A DNA stretch of 63,858 nt, counting the filler, from Octopus bimaculoides (lineage: Eukaryota), in assembly GCF_001194135.2 (NCBI RefSeq). It is 4 parts of 4 records of this genome, joined end to end, with 100 filler letters (N's around TTAATTAATTAA, not from the genome) between each part and the next. Parts side by side here need not be neighbours in the genome. Positions count along the whole stretch, not along the records: positions 37,434 to 62,496 come from NC_068992.1; positions 62,597 to 63,858 come from NC_068984.1; 2 more parts are not named here. One strand, written 5' to 3'. The position numbers were made by a program, and so were the translations under genes. The notes beneath the pieces were generated by a model, which worked only from the letters and a program-made list of their open reading frames with translations, was not told the origin of the DNA and searched no databases. This document shows, one piece after another, positions 50,051-63,858 of the stretch (within the stretch, counting starts at the first letter, position 1; each line of letters starts with the position of its first letter).

Positions 50051-53000
50051 CACCATTACTGTGTAAGTTATTCAAATGTTGTAATAAGAGACAGTGATTT
50101 ATGGTTTGGTCTTAAGTCACATTTGTGTTCACATGCTTTAGACAACAATAACATCCGCTGCAAAAATTCCAACAGAAACATTCGTCTCGTCTCGATAATC
50201 TTGTTAACTATGATAAATCGGGTTCCGTTTAGACTTTTTAATGCCATAAACATATTCTCCCGAATTACTTCTCTCACTCATCTACTAATCTGCATTAACT
50301 AGTCTATAAGTAGCATTCGTATGTTAAGTAGCACCGCAGTTTTTCAGTGAAAATCAAGTATAAACTAATGCGACTTATATACAATCATATAAGGTATGCG
50401 CTTAGGGTGATCGTGATGCTTTCTGCGTTTCACCCAAGTCTAGTTTAGCTCCAGTGATCCTCTGTTCAAAATATATTGAAGTAGCAACTTTCTTTTCTCA
50501 TCGAGAATCATGAATTGTAGGTTCATGATTTTGATGGGTTGTTCTTTAGTGTTATATGCAACAATATAGAAGCTCTTCCCTTCAGTTGTTCTCAAACATT
50601 TTAGTTGCTTTAGCACGAGTCAGCAAGAAAAAAAGTCTGTGATCAAATACGTTTCAGCCTTAAATCTGCCTACCTTTTTCAGGCATAATACATCTATGAC
50701 TACACGTTATAATGCACCCTTTCTCCTTTAAGACACATTGACAGTGATTTGAATGCAATTTCGATACTGTTTCTCGTAAGTCGAAAATCAATTATAGTTT
50801 GTGTAGTTGTAATATAATAACATTTGCGGCATGCAAAAGAGAACTCTAAATAATTATTTTAGTGGTTTGTAATGTTGTTAATGAAAAAGCAGATCTTCCG
50901 GCAATAATTCTATATATCAGATGTATTTAATAATTGATATTTCACGGATTGCTTACACGATTCCTGAAAGGATATGAAAATGCATTGTATCTGTTTCATG
51001 TTTCTGTATGGCAGCATCAACTATTTCATTTTCATCTCGTGAGACAATGGAGAGGCAAAACCTGATAAACATTTATCGCTCTAGTCTTCTATCTACGGAC
51101 TGGAAATCGATATTATTTTATCGACTGTTACTTATTTTATTGATCAAGCGTAGATGAAAGGCAAAATCTAAACGGGAAGATAGAAATTCAGCATTTAAAA
51201 GGACATGTCCACATACCACACGATGTTTTCTCCTTCATTCTACGGATTTCTACCATCTTACAACCACGTGAAAGTATCATATATCAAATGTGGTTTATTG
51301 TTATTGATCGGTATTAATGAATGTTTCTTAGTGTTTTTTTGTTTTATTTCACACACTTTAATTAACACAAAATTTCGCAAACATGTTATCAATAAAGCGA
51401 GATAGAATCTTTATTGCTGGAAATGTTTCCAGATTCGTAATTTCGAGAGGATTAAATTGTGTTTGATATTAATATAGATTAAGAATAAATAAATTCATAT
51501 ATTGCGTGAATATAAAAGCACTAGAAGAGGAATGTAACCCGAAATAGGTTTTCATTTGCAATACTCTCGATATATAGATATGACACGTCGTTATATTTTA
51601 TCAAAAAGTCGATCCACTTTCGTAAATTCATAGGTAATATATTCAGAAGTACATAGTTATCTGCTTAATTACTATTTTAAGTTTCCGAAACGTGTAGTTC
51701 TACACATCCTCGTTCATATTGCATATAAGTGAGCGAAACGATGTTTCTGTAGCGAACAATCAAAGACAGTTCTCACTAGTTAAACTGAGCTAAATGGTAG
51801 ATTACGTAATGTTTCAGAAATATCGTTCTTTCGAAGTGGACTATTTAGTGAAAAAGGATAACACCCGTGTCATCCCCGTGATTTTGAACATGGGGTTGCA
51901 TTGTCAAACCTACTGGATCGATAGGCAGTTTATCTGAACCGGTTAGTGGTATACACGTAGTTTTCAAGTCTATAGAATCCACAGACTAAGAAATGTTTCT
52001 AATCCTCGGTAAAGTGACATCGTTATTTGTATTAAGAAATTGAAAATTTCCCCTTGTTATAATCCAGATTTTGGAGGTAAAATTACCTATGGAATGGTTT
52101 TAGTGTAATGCAACATGTTATTAGTATATATATTCTTCAGTATAGTCCTTGGATTTGTAGATGAAGTTTGTGGGTGTGTTTGTTCTTGGTTGGACTTTAC
52201 CATAACACCTGAGAATCAATCGTCCGTAAGTTGATATGATATATTATGCTCAAATTCCATCAATATTCCAGTNNNNNNNNNNNNNNNNNNNNNNNNNNNN
52301 NNNNNNNNNNNNNNNNNNNNNNNNNNNNNNNNNNNNNNNNNNNNNNNNNNNNNNNNNNNNNNNNNNNNNNNNNNNNNNNNNNNNNNNNNNNNNNNNNNNN
52401 NNNNNNNNNNNNNNNNNNNNNNNNNNNNNNNNNNNNNNNNNNNNNNNNNNNNNNNNNNNNNNNNNNNNNNNNNNNNNNNNNNNNNNNNNNNNNGTGTGTG
52501 TGTGCGTGTGTGTATGTGTGTGTGTGTGTGTGTGTGCTTCTATAACGCAGTCTATCTTGTATGGGATAGTTATGTATCCAATGTCCAATGTTATGAATTG
52601 CTGTACAATTTCTAACGGTGTGTTGAATGAACAACCTTGTACTCTATGTCATGGATTCGCCTGACATTGCTGAACAGAAGGTAACATCTATTTTTCAACC
52701 AGTACAAATATTGGTATTGCAAAAGTAATTGTTTCAAGATTCTCATGGCGTTCATGTGAATCTACGTAGAGAGAAATATTTGGGTTTAGTCATACAAACA
52801 TGAATGATTGTGTGAGCATTCAGGACTACACATCTTATATACTACATTTAATTTAAGGATGGAACTGCAGCTTCATTGATCTAGTTTTATAAGTTCTAAT
52901 TTTAAGATTAACGTTAATAGTGGTTTGCATGTTCATACAATTACGAGTTTCTATTTTAAAGGTAGTGATTATGCAGTAGTTGGGTTGTGGAATGCGATTG

Positions 53001-53480
53001 AGAAATTTTAGATGCTCCATGTTGTATTTTCATTTTAGCTGTGGATTCTAATTTTTCATCTCTTGTAATTATTATATCGTGGCTGGCGAGAGCGCGAAAT
53101 TCAGATGAAACTCCTCCGGTACAGATTCAATACAGCCGTAAAAAGACAAACTATAGATTCATATACATGAACATGGGTCAAGCTTCTCGTTCATGTGGCC
53201 CTTGAAGTATGATGTAACTCAAGAAAGACAATCTGTGGCTTTGGATCATTAACAACTCAAACTTTCAATCAACACGTATCGCCTGACTCATAAGATCTAA
53301 ACTGCATTTCTATGAAATGGTGAATAGCAAAAAGGGAAACATCAACTGCGTTTTACGAGGTATTAATTAGGAATGTTCAATTTTTATTTCCATTTCCAAA
53401 CTGAACTATATGTGTGCGTGCACGTATGCGACGCGCGTGTATATGCGTGAGTGTGCGTGTGTGTATGCCTGCATGTGTAT

Positions 53481-53526
<46 letters not shown>

Positions 53527-55792
53527 ACACACACACACAGACATAAGGCAGTTGGTAGGTAAGATCCAGGGATCTGATTGTAGGAAATTTACAAGACTGA
53601 GGCATTTATATGACTGGCATAGGCGACAATAACTGGACAAAATACAGTAAAATATCTTATAATAATTATGCCCGTCGGTATGCTTGGTAGTGGTAGAGAT
53701 TCGATAGTAGAAAGTGTATAATCTTTTAAAAATTGAACTAAGGTTTGTTTTTTTTATATCACCTATCATTTGCCATATACACGCAAGTGCAATTCTGTGA
53801 AATATCCACGATTACTTACGTGACAAGTATATGCATTTTAACTGAAGGTTGTATCATATGTGCGAGATATATTTTTTTGGTTTGTCAGAAAAATGGAAAT
53901 ATAGAGTGAAATTTATTTTATGAGTGCTGTGTATTGAGTCTATAAAATTGTAGATAAAATATATAAAGTGCATATATATAGTGAATTAAGTAACCATCAT
54001 ATTCCAATTTCTTTCACTTTCCAATGAGTAGCGGACGAGCGACAATTTTTCCACACAGAAACAACACAGGCTACGTTTACAGGTGTTTTAGATAAAGTTT
54101 TCAGAAATAACCCAATAGCTTTACCATTCATTCCGTGAAATATTCACGGGTTCCTCTAGTATCTGTTAACATTGTAACTTACATACTTCTTCACATACTA
54201 AAGATGAGAAGAATTTCGATAGGGTGACTGTCACCATAGAACTCACCGTAAAGCAACTATAGCTACTAAACAGAGGAATAAAAATCCAAGTTGTAAGGTA
54301 CGTTACACTTAAAGCACAGACTAAAATAATTTCATACGAAGCTTATGTCAATTTCATAAGTACGTATGCATGTATGTATGTATATATGTATGTATGTATA
54401 TATATATATATAATGAATATACTTTTTGACTGATAATAATCTAGATATCAATATAGAAATTTAAAGCAGCATTAACTGTTTCTCAAAATACCTTCTATAT
54501 ACTTATATGCCCACACATACAGAAACACATATACATTGAACTCAGTAAGCATTTTATTATTTCATACGTTAATTAATTGATGTGTGATTTACGCATAGAC
54601 TAATTTTATTCATGCTTTCCAATTAAAATACAAGTTAATGGGTTTTGAGTGACAAGTTTAATCACATGAAAAAAATCAAATATTTTATTTATTGACGTAA
54701 TTTACTAACATATCTACAAATTAAAATTATTATTGAAAATCTAGACGCCAAATTAGTTTTTATGTATTTATCAGGAAGCAGAGACGATATATATTTATAC
54801 TCACTTCCACACCGCTCCAAAGAAATGACAGTTGATGTACACGAACTAACAAGCATAAATATACCTACGTTTATATATACGTCCAGTGAGCGTGTGTGAG
54901 TGTGTTTGNNNNNNNNNNNNNNNNNNNNNNNNNNNNNNNNNNNNNNNNNNNNNNNNNNNNNNNNNNNNNNNNNNNNNNNNNNNNNNNNNNNNNNNNNNNN
55001 NNNNNNNNNNNNNNNNNNNNNNNNNNNNNNNNNNNNNNNNNNNNNNNNNNNNNNNNNNNNNNNNNNNNNNNNNNNNNNNNNNNNNNNNNNNNNNNNNNNN
55101 NNNNNNNNNNNNNNNNNNNNNNNNNNNNNNNNNNNNNNNNNNNNNNNNNNNNNNNNNNNNNNNNNNNNNNNNNNNNNNNNNNNNNNNNNNNNNNNNNNNN
55201 NNNNNNNNNNNNNNNNNNNNNNNNNNNNNNNNNNNNNNNNNNNNNNNNNNNNNNNNNNNNNNNNNNNNNNNNNNNNNNNNNNNNNNNNNNNNNNNNNNNN
55301 NNNNNNNNNNNNNNNNNNNNNNNNNNNNNNNNNNNNNNNNNNNNNNNNNNNNNNNNNNNNNNNNNNNNNNNNNNNNNNNNNNNNNNNNNNNNNNNNNNNN
55401 NNNNNNNNNNNNNNNNNNNNNNNNNNNNNNNNNNNNNNNNNNNNNNNNNNNNNNNNNNNNNNNNNNNNNNNNNNNNNNNNNNNNNNNNNNNNNNNNNNNN
55501 NNNNNNNNNNNNNNNNNNNNNNNNNNNNNNNNNNNNNNNNNNNNNNNNNNNNNNNNNNNNNNNNNNNNNNNNNNNNNNNNNNNNNNNNNNNNNNNNNNNN
55601 NNNNNNNNNNNNNNNNNNNNNNNNNNNNNNNNNNNNNNNNNNNNNNNNNNNNNNNNNNNNNNNNNNNNNNNNNNNNNNNNNNNNNNNNNNNNNNNNNNNN
55701 NNNNNNNNNNNNNNNNNNNNNNNNNNNNNNNNNNNNNNNNNNNNNNNNNNNNNNNNNNNNNNNNNNNNNNNNNNNNNNNNNNNNNNNNNNNN

Positions 55793-55855
<63 letters not shown>

Positions 55856-58777
55856 TGTGTAAATAATTATATATATATATAATATAATATATATAGAGAG
55901 ATAGATAGATATAAATATATAGCTATGTCTTTATACACGCACACGCACACACACGCACACACATACATATATAGACATATATGTTAGGGAATAATTTGTA
56001 TTGATTTAGTAATGAAACAGCCATATATCATGCATGTCAGAATGCATTTCTCTAGAGTACTTAATGTTCATATATTTACTTTTATGTTTCCACAAATTAT
56101 TTCGGTACAAAATTATTTCTCCTTATCTTTCGCCATTTACTTTCATTTTTTTTCTTTTTTATCGATTCGTAATTTAGAAAAATATCTCTACTGCCATTAT
56201 CATCTATTCCATTAAAGGAAAGTGATGTTATTTAATGTATTTATTGTTTTGTGTTAATAGTTTAGAAAGTGTATTATCACTGACAAAATTATTAGGACGG
56301 TGAATTACAGAAAAAAAACCGAGAATTTTCATCACGCGGTATTTAGATATACATCATTATCTTCTGAGTTCCATACCCAGCGGAATATACATAAATTTTG
56401 GTCATAAAGTAAAACAAGTATTTACCAGGTGCAAAAGTGAATGAATCTCTTGCATTCTCTCTCCTAATTTGAAGCAGTGTGCAGATATAGAAACTGATAT
56501 TACATTTATCGTTCTCAATTAAGTGGTACCATGTCAGAGTTGATAGAGTGGATGATGAAATTATTTGGTATCGAGTTTTACAATGTTCTTGTGACAATGT
56601 TAGCAATGTATGAAACTATAAGGAGATATTGTTTGATTTTCTTCCTCCTTGATGCAATAGACTCCTGCTCCGCCCAAATTTGTCGCTCGGTTCAACAGGT
56701 GACGGAACATAACATCCATTGCTGAAATACAGTTATTTTTACCAACCCAGCCCCTAATTTGTGATATTGTATTAAATTTTGCTATCATTCTTCCTTTTAT
56801 TCTAGTAATTTTTAGAGTTATATTTTACGCAGCGGAAAATACATTGCCAGATTTGATACATGCATTTATGCCTAAGTTTACAACTCGCTGTACACTTAGC
56901 GAAAGGTGAGAACCGTTATGGCTAAAATCAAATACACCTCTACTCGGAATTTTATCTTCTTTCCAACATAAGAGAGATTAATTATCGAAATGGTGTTAGA
57001 ATAGGTAAATTGGTAGATAAAATATCCTGTTATATTTTATGATGCTCTTTTATGCTCTGAAATTACATAATTCCAAGTTGATTTACAAAATCCTCTTTTC
57101 AATATACTATGTTTCTATTTACGAGCTACCATCGATATAAATGAACCATTTAGATTACTTCGTCAATTACGTGGCTTTGTGCCTACGGTATAATTTCTTA
57201 TGATTACTCTACACAGCGGTTTGAGAATCGTTAGGGTGAAAAAAGACGGAGGCGTGACTTTTGTTATATCTCTATCCGTTCTATGTTTGAATCACAGCAT
57301 ATAAAATTTGCTCGTTTGATCCCTTGAAGGTCGAACGTTACAAACGAGAAAAAGCCAAAAATTTGGAGGAAGGGGTCGTCGATGAAATTGACACAAATCT
57401 AATTGATATGATTCATCGATCTTTGAGAAATGAAAGAGGAAGTTGATTCCAGGATAATTTGAGCTCAGAGGGTTAAAATGCTAGAGGAAATATCGCAAAA
57501 TATTTTGTTCATCGCTGTTACAAGTCTGTAAGTAAACTACCTCCCTTCATAATAAACGCTTTCAGCATAGACACAAGGGCTCAGTTGGAGGCGAGAGGAG
57601 TTAGCTAATTAAATCAGCCCTAATAATCTGATACTCTATTTTATCGACTCTGGATAGAGAATAGCTAAAGATGATACAAGATAAAATAGACATTTTATTT
57701 GATGCTTTAATGATTCTGCCAACACCTTGCTCTTGATGATGTAAACAGGATAGCAGTACTGTACACTAATTTAATTTTAATTGCTTGTACAAACAAAGTA
57801 GTTCGTTATGGAACAGTAATATACTACCAACTATATTAAAGGCTTCTAAATCAATACTGTGTTCTACCTGTGTTAGCAGTGCCATTCAGTCACATTTTAA
57901 AGTTATATCTACATAGTGTCTTTAAAATTTAGGGCCACTATTGTCGCTAAAGGCATAATGGATGTATATGCACATTTCAGGTGTAATGGACTTTTCTTCA
58001 GCACCGCATCCAGCCAATTAATCATCTTCGTCCACATTGCTTAAAAAGCCTCTACATTTAAATCTCTAAAGATCATTTTAAAAGTGTCACAATTTGATGT
58101 GTTTCATTCTCACAATTTTTTAACGAGTTTATATTCGTTGATAGATATTTATCATGTAGAATATCTGCAAAATATGCGGATGGATACTCATTTCGAGCTT
58201 TTTGTTAATCGAAGTTTACGTTACACGAGTAATACATACGTCTTTACTCAGGCTGCTCAAAATGACAGCAAATGTCCAACAGATTACATCACTTCCTAAT
58301 TATTAAGAGGAAATCAAATTTAATATTATTGTGCATAACATATTGACAACGATTGTGTTTTTAAAGGAGGCTTCCTTAAGAAGATTTGATTTTTATGATT
58401 AAGTGCGATATTCTCTAACGTAAACTTTGCATTTTCACACTGTGGTGTCGGTGAGATACATTACAATAATATGATCTGCGTTCGATTAAGTAAACTACAC
58501 GTATTCGGAATGCGGAGTGGTTTCGGGATAGTTTAAGAAAACACAATTATTTTTACAGTGTTGCGGAGTATTGCAAATGCCGTTCATTTTAGGAATACTA
58601 CCGTAGAGAACAAACAATTTCCAGGGGAACTGTGTATGTATTCTAGACGTATGCATGCATACCTATCAAATTATATATTTACAAACAACTCACACACATA
58701 TGTATGCATGTGTGTACTTACGTATATACGTATAAATATGTGGCTGATCAATTTCGAAAAAAATCTCAGTTTTGATT

Positions 58778-58876
58778 CCGAGGCAATAGTAGAAAACACT
58801 TGCCCAAGGTACCACGCAGTGGGTATGAACCCGGAACCATGTGGTTCGTAAGTACTTACCACACAGCCAGTCCTAC
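58778..58876 (-). mobile_element. partial S1 SINE
   Basis: cgaggcaatagtagaaaacacttgcccaaggtaccacgcagtggg...gaacccggaaccatgtgg. Confidence 0.8.
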
Positions 58877-59610
58877 GCTTGATATATGTTTGTTAGCGAC
58901 AGAAGCAGTATTAATACTGAGAGATAATATTTCTCCCCACATAAACATGGGTGTTCTGTTAGAACAAACCATACTGCGGTAGATATCACGAGGGAATCTT
59001 TCGTATTGGCTTTTAGTACAAAATGCGTCTTGCTTATGTCACTACCGTGTGTATTTATGCGCACATATACTAACGTAGATGCAATCACGCACTTATATAC
59101 ACACATAAATGTATACTTGCCTGCTTTTTATGTGTACATTCACCGATGTTGTTAAAAGCTTGTTTTGTGAACCGAAACGTGGCACTTTTTGCAAGTACAC
59201 TCTACTATAGTCCCGTGTCACCCAACGCCCTCTGTATAAAACTGTCAAACTTAAAGTGCATGGAAGGCCGATGTGTTCATATATATATATGCACACACAC
59301 ACATATTTATATATATATATATNNNNNNNNNNNNNNNNNNNNNNNNNNNNNNNNNNNNNNNNNNNNNNNNNNNNNNNNNNNNNNNNNNNNNNNNNNNNNN
59401 NNNNNNNNNNNNNNNNNNNNNNNNNNNNNNNNNNNNNNNNNNNNNNNNNNNNNNNNNNNNNNNNNNNNNNNNNNNNNNNNNNNNNNNNNNNNNNNNNNNN
59501 NNNNNNNNNNNNNNNNNNNNNNNNNNNNNNNNNNNNNNNNNNNNNNNNNNNNNNNNNNNNNNNNNNNNNNNNNNNNNNNNNNNNNNNNNNNNNNNNNNNN
59601 NNNNNNNNNN

Positions 59611-59687
59611 ATATTTATCCTCATCTTTTTTGTTCTTAACTAAACGTTTCGGCTGATATACCCTCCAGCCTTCTGGAGAGTATATCA
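59611..59687 (-). mobile_element. fragment of the hammerhead SINE with a short fold-back
   Basis: Minus GAAGGCTGGAGGGTATATCAGCCGAAACGTT is preceded by an inverted copy of its own stem-II sequence. Confidence 0.75.
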
Positions 59688-59890
59688 CCCATCTGTGAGG
59701 TATAAAAAAATAATGTAGTGTCGGTTTCTTTATGTCGCTGTTATATAGCAGTTCGGCAACTGAGATTGATAGACGACATTAAAAAGTAAGTACTGGATGG
59801 TGATTTATTCGAGTGAACCCTTCAAGGTGCCCCAGTATGGCAGCTGTCCAATGCCTGAAACAAGCATGTGTGTGTACGTACGTGTGTGTT

Positions 59891-59926
<36 letters not shown>

Positions 59927-61559
59927 TGTGAGGAGGTGTGTGTGTGTGTCTGTATATATTTGTATGTGTTGAATGATGCTCATTATTCTCTGCTATTTCA
60001 AAGTTGGCGATATCTTCTCATTGTTCTCTAAATATATTTGATACTGTATAAGAAAGAAAGATGACATCATACAATAACATGAAAATGATAATTTCCTCCA
60101 TCCATATACTCTACTGCAGTTATTTCTATAGAAATAGAAATATTATAAAAAAATAGACAGATTAGAATCTTCTTTTTTTATTTCTTGCAACAGTGTATTT
60201 GATTTGGTTTATTTTCGCACTAATATAGACATGAGGTGGCAGCAGGGAAATATATATGCCACAAGACTTCAAATAACATTAGAAATAAATCAATGACTAT
60301 AGTGATAAGATTTGTTACACATTCTGAACCAGATAGGATTATATAATCTAAAACTGCAAAATGATCAAACGCTTCCAGTGTGTCCGGATATTTTCGGTAT
60401 TATGAATGACATTAATTACCAGACGGAACAAGTTTCTGGCAACCATTTTCAAATTTCGACGTTAAAAATACACCTCATCGATAACTTTCTATTCTGATTC
60501 CATACGTGCGAAATTTATTCTATTTTAAAAATGGGAGATTTTTGCTTTAACTGTCGTGGTATTAATGTTGCTGCTCCTGGCGTTAATAGTGGACAGAAGA
60601 CTATGCGTTTAAACAGAACCATAGAGTCGAGTGAAATGCTTTAAACGGAAACATTTCAATGTACATTATAGTACTCGCATTGTGGTTTCGATTCAAGGTA
60701 AACTTCAATAAGAGGAGTATTTCTATCAGCAAAAGCAGTTGAGCAGCAAAGGAATAGGTTTCACACTATATACTATCATCGCGTTTATATCTTGTTCAAA
60801 TTCTGCGTTGTTCGCATAAGTATTTTCTTTACTCTAGCATTGAGGAAATACTTAACATCAATATACTGTCGCCAAATGTTTGAATATTTGCCAATGTTGA
60901 AAAATCCATATTTCAATCAAATTTCAGAACTCAGTCTGATATAATATCAGGCAATGAAATACACTGTTTAAGCTATTTTAAGCTTTCTTATGTCATATTC
61001 TATCGAGATGAAGTTTAATTTTTTGAAATCAATAAATTATACATCATAACTTGTTCGGGGAATGGCAGAAGCAGCTGAGAAGAGTTCCAACTGAGTCTGA
61101 TTAAGGAAGAATGGAAGTGGAATTGAAAATGCATAACTAACCCTACAATCAACAAGTATCTTACACTGAACTGGTTACAACACGCAAGATACCTTCTTTT
61201 AATAATCCAGGAGGGTGGCAATGCAGAGAGAAGCACAGAGTGTCGCAGCAGATAGATATCCAGTAGTCATAAAAGGGATGAGGCCCCACCAACTTAGAGT
61301 ATATTAAGAAGAGGTTTCTCTGAAAGACCTTCTGTGTAGTTCTCTCCAGAGTTTCTTAGTGCCCATGGTAACTCTCTAATACTTCAAACCTGGTTACTCG
61401 CTAACATTTTTAGCGTTTATAAATAAGGCGCCATAGGTATCTGTAGAAATAGTTAATGTACCTTTCTAAGGGACGTGATGGACAAATTCCTCACTCGCAT
61501 TACCCCTCATGAACTAATTTAATACTAATATAAAGTTCGTCAAATATTATGGAATTCCG

Positions 61560-61800
61560 AGTTCGATGGAACTGTAGCAGAGGAGATAGCAAGCTTGAAA
61601 AAATACGTGATGATATCATGTAACTTGGAAGTAATATCTCTAATTGGCATTACTTGGATGAAAAGTCTGAAAACCACATGACTTTTTTTTGGAGTATAAA
61701 GCCTGAAAATAGGTGTTGTTTGTTCTCTTTTATAAAAACTTCAACTTTGTACAAAACTGAAAGAGCAGGGAGCAGTCGACAAAACCATTTTTCCTGTGGA
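61560..61800 (+). mobile_element. possible highly degenerate RTE-type APE endonuclease fragment
   Basis: TFFWSIKPEN..FSFIKTS loosely resembles the RTE YTFFWSGKPE..GVGFAIRTS motif. Confidence 0.3.
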
Positions 61801-62299
61801 TGCAGATGTTATCAATAACATGCACACACCTTTGAATCGTTTCACTCTTTCATTCTTTAAAATATCTTGGGTTAATAATATACGGGAATGATATCGTTCA
61901 TACTGATGTTGTATGACTAAACAATAGGTTTACTAGCGAACTATGCAACCTGTGCCGCCTCCTTCATTGGCTGATATACGTTACAAGGTACCTACTCTTT
62001 GTCATGCTCCAAAATGGTTGATTAAAAGTGAAGGTATACTTGAGTGTATAATGCCATGACCTCTTTAACACATATTACAGGATCGAAGGATAAGCTCTGG
62101 TATACAATATCTGTGAAGCAGTCGAAGTGAGTCCCAAACCGTTGCATAAGAACAATATTAGCCACTAATCCAAGAATTAATGGAGATGACAGAAAATGTA
62201 AATTACTTGAGGACGAAAACTACAAAGAGTATTTTATAATGTTATAAACTATAACACTAAAAAACGTTCATGTTCCCAAAATATATATGGGAACATGCA

Positions 62300-62496
62300 G
62301 AGCTGGCAGAAACGTTAACGCGCCAGGCGAAATGCTTAGCGGTATTTCGTCTGCCGTTACGTTCTGAGTTCAAATTCCGCCGAGGTCGACTTTACCTATC
62401 ATCCTTTCGGGGTCGATAAATAAAGTACCAGTTAAGCACTGGGGGCGATGTAATCGACTTAATCCCTTTGTCTGTCCTTGTTTGTCCCCTCTATGT
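62300..62496 (+). mobile_element. S3 SINE
   Basis: gagctggcagaaacgtt...ctgagttcaaattccgccgaggtcgac...ggggtcgataaataaagtaccag. Confidence 0.85.
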
Positions 62497-62711
62497 NNNN
62501 NNNNNNNNNNNNNNNNNNNNNNNNNNNNNNNNNNNNNNNNTTAATTAATTAANNNNNNNNNNNNNNNNNNNNNNNNNNNNNNNNNNNNNNNNNNNNGTAT
62601 TCCCGAGCGTCATACTAATACATCCTGTCCTCGTCTGTTGTTGTTTTTTTTCGTACGTTCTCCTACATACACACATATATATATGTGTGTATGCATGTAT
62701 TTATGGATGTA

Positions 62712-63773
62712 CTAGTAGTATAACCCGACCTTGTCCGGGTGTGACTTATTACGCCATCTACGATGAGTCTTGCTAGGTGAAAATCAACTAAAAAAGAAAG
62801 CCTTACAACGAAAAAACCCTTATGATGTAAATATGTTCATAATTCAAAAGACGATGAAATTAATAGGGAAAGTCTGAAGGCTGTTTTGCCTAACATTATT
62901 AAGTGTACGTAAATTTCATCCGTCTAATTGGCTATAGAAATGCTTGTGCAAAACAACTTTTTGCGCTGCCCTACATAGCAGGGTAATCCCTTTTAGCAGG
63001 AGGTAGGACGGCAACTTCTGATGAAGCAATTGCTGGCGATCTGTTGCTACACAGTTTTGCCAGAATTCTATCAGGTTAGGCAGAAGATGTTGATGCACTA
63101 TTTTGCATTATGTTCAAAGTAGCTTCTGGAATGTGGTGAATTGGTGCAGTCTGTTGCTGTCATTTTAAACCGGTTGCTTTCTTTCCCCAGCAAACTCTCT
63201 TCTTTGGAGGCATAATCTATGTATATGTTAAACAGAACAAAAAAGTTATAATAGATGGCAGGGTCGGTAATTTTCACATTTCTGTAATTTTTCAGATTAA
63301 CATCCGCACGATTACCCAACCCTAACCCTAAAACCCTAAACCTAACCCTAACACTAACCCTAACACTAACCCTAAAACCGTAACCCTAACCTTAAAACCC
63401 TAACCTTAAAACCCTAACCCTAACCCTAAAAGTGTAGCCGTAGCACTAACCCTAATCCTAACCCTAATCCTAACCCTAATCCCTAACCCTAACCGTAACC
63501 CTAAAACCCTAATCCTGACCCTAAAATCCTAACCCTAACACCCTAGTGAAAATCGTGGTATATTTACCAAACATTGACGAACATGAGTCATATTGTAGTC
63601 AATGATTGTGTGTACAGGTAGAAGGGAAGAAATATAAAAGTTGCTAGAAACAACAGCCAAATCTCCCTTAAATCACACAAAGTAAACGGAATTTAAAAAT
63701 TTTTGCATCAATGGAATCTTTTCGATGTGAACTTTCCAGTGGCAGTAATTACGCGCTCAACATATAGTATAGA
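62712..63773 (-). mobile_element. non-autonomous Helitron (~1.06 kb)
   Basis: Minus 5' end TCTATACTATAT. The 3' end has hairpin ACCCG-GACAAGGT-CGGGT, then TATACTA-CTAG|T. An internal stop-riddled frame starts MPPKKRV at 63213. Confidence 0.8.
63315..63545 (-). repeat. degenerate (TTAGGG)n telomere-like array inside the Helitron
   Basis: CCCTAA units interspersed with CCCTAAAA, CACTAA, CCGTAA and TCCTAA variants. Confidence 0.9.
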
Positions 63774-63791
63774 GAGTAAGAGTAAAAGAGG

Positions 63792-63825
<34 letters not shown>

Positions 63826-63858
63826 GAGAGAAAGAGAGAGAGACAAAGAGAGATAGAG

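Noticed and set aside
52551-52680. 130-nt segment with good acceptor and AAG|GTAACA donor
   Set aside because: All three frames contain stops. It could only be a UTR or start exon (MNNLVLYVMDSPDIAEQK), and no downstream partner was found.
63315-63545. True chromosome end or telomere
   Set aside because: The array is short, degenerate and internal to a Helitron, with unique sequence on both sides.

Overview
AT-rich, microsatellite-dense animal genomic DNA with many N gaps. It is most likely an octopod cephalopod such as Octopus bimaculoides (inferred from the SINE families, simple-repeat load and gap style, not from a search). Only one host gene is clear: an intronless 504-aa SLC46-family MFS transporter (1703-3217, minus). 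It has a C-terminal YxxL lysosomal motif, and by manual alignment its PCFT proton-coupling residues D156/E185/H281 are replaced by K/L/K. The first ~33 kb is a graveyard of nested mobile elements: tRNA-derived SINEs, several Penelope-like (PLE) fragments, L1/Tx1 fragments including two ORF1-only/internally deleted (HAL1-like) elements, trains of R4/Dong-type elements in (TAA)n, and mariner and Tc1 relics. The 39-62 kb part is mostly unique non-coding DNA. The window ends in a non-autonomous Helitron carrying a TTAGGG-like array. The most striking unannotated signal is RNA-level. A 314-bp inverted repeat (28470-29284) carries a fully foldable type I hammerhead ribozyme in one arm and a mutated copy in the other, with PLE pseudo-LTR architecture. 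Separately, a tRNA-headed SINE family (7014-7255, 47795-48138, 59611-59687) carries a minimal dimer-type hammerhead and repeatedly forms inversions at the ribozyme core. Most long ORFs in the track are artefacts of N runs or simple repeats. No CRISPR, rRNA or intact tRNA gene was found.
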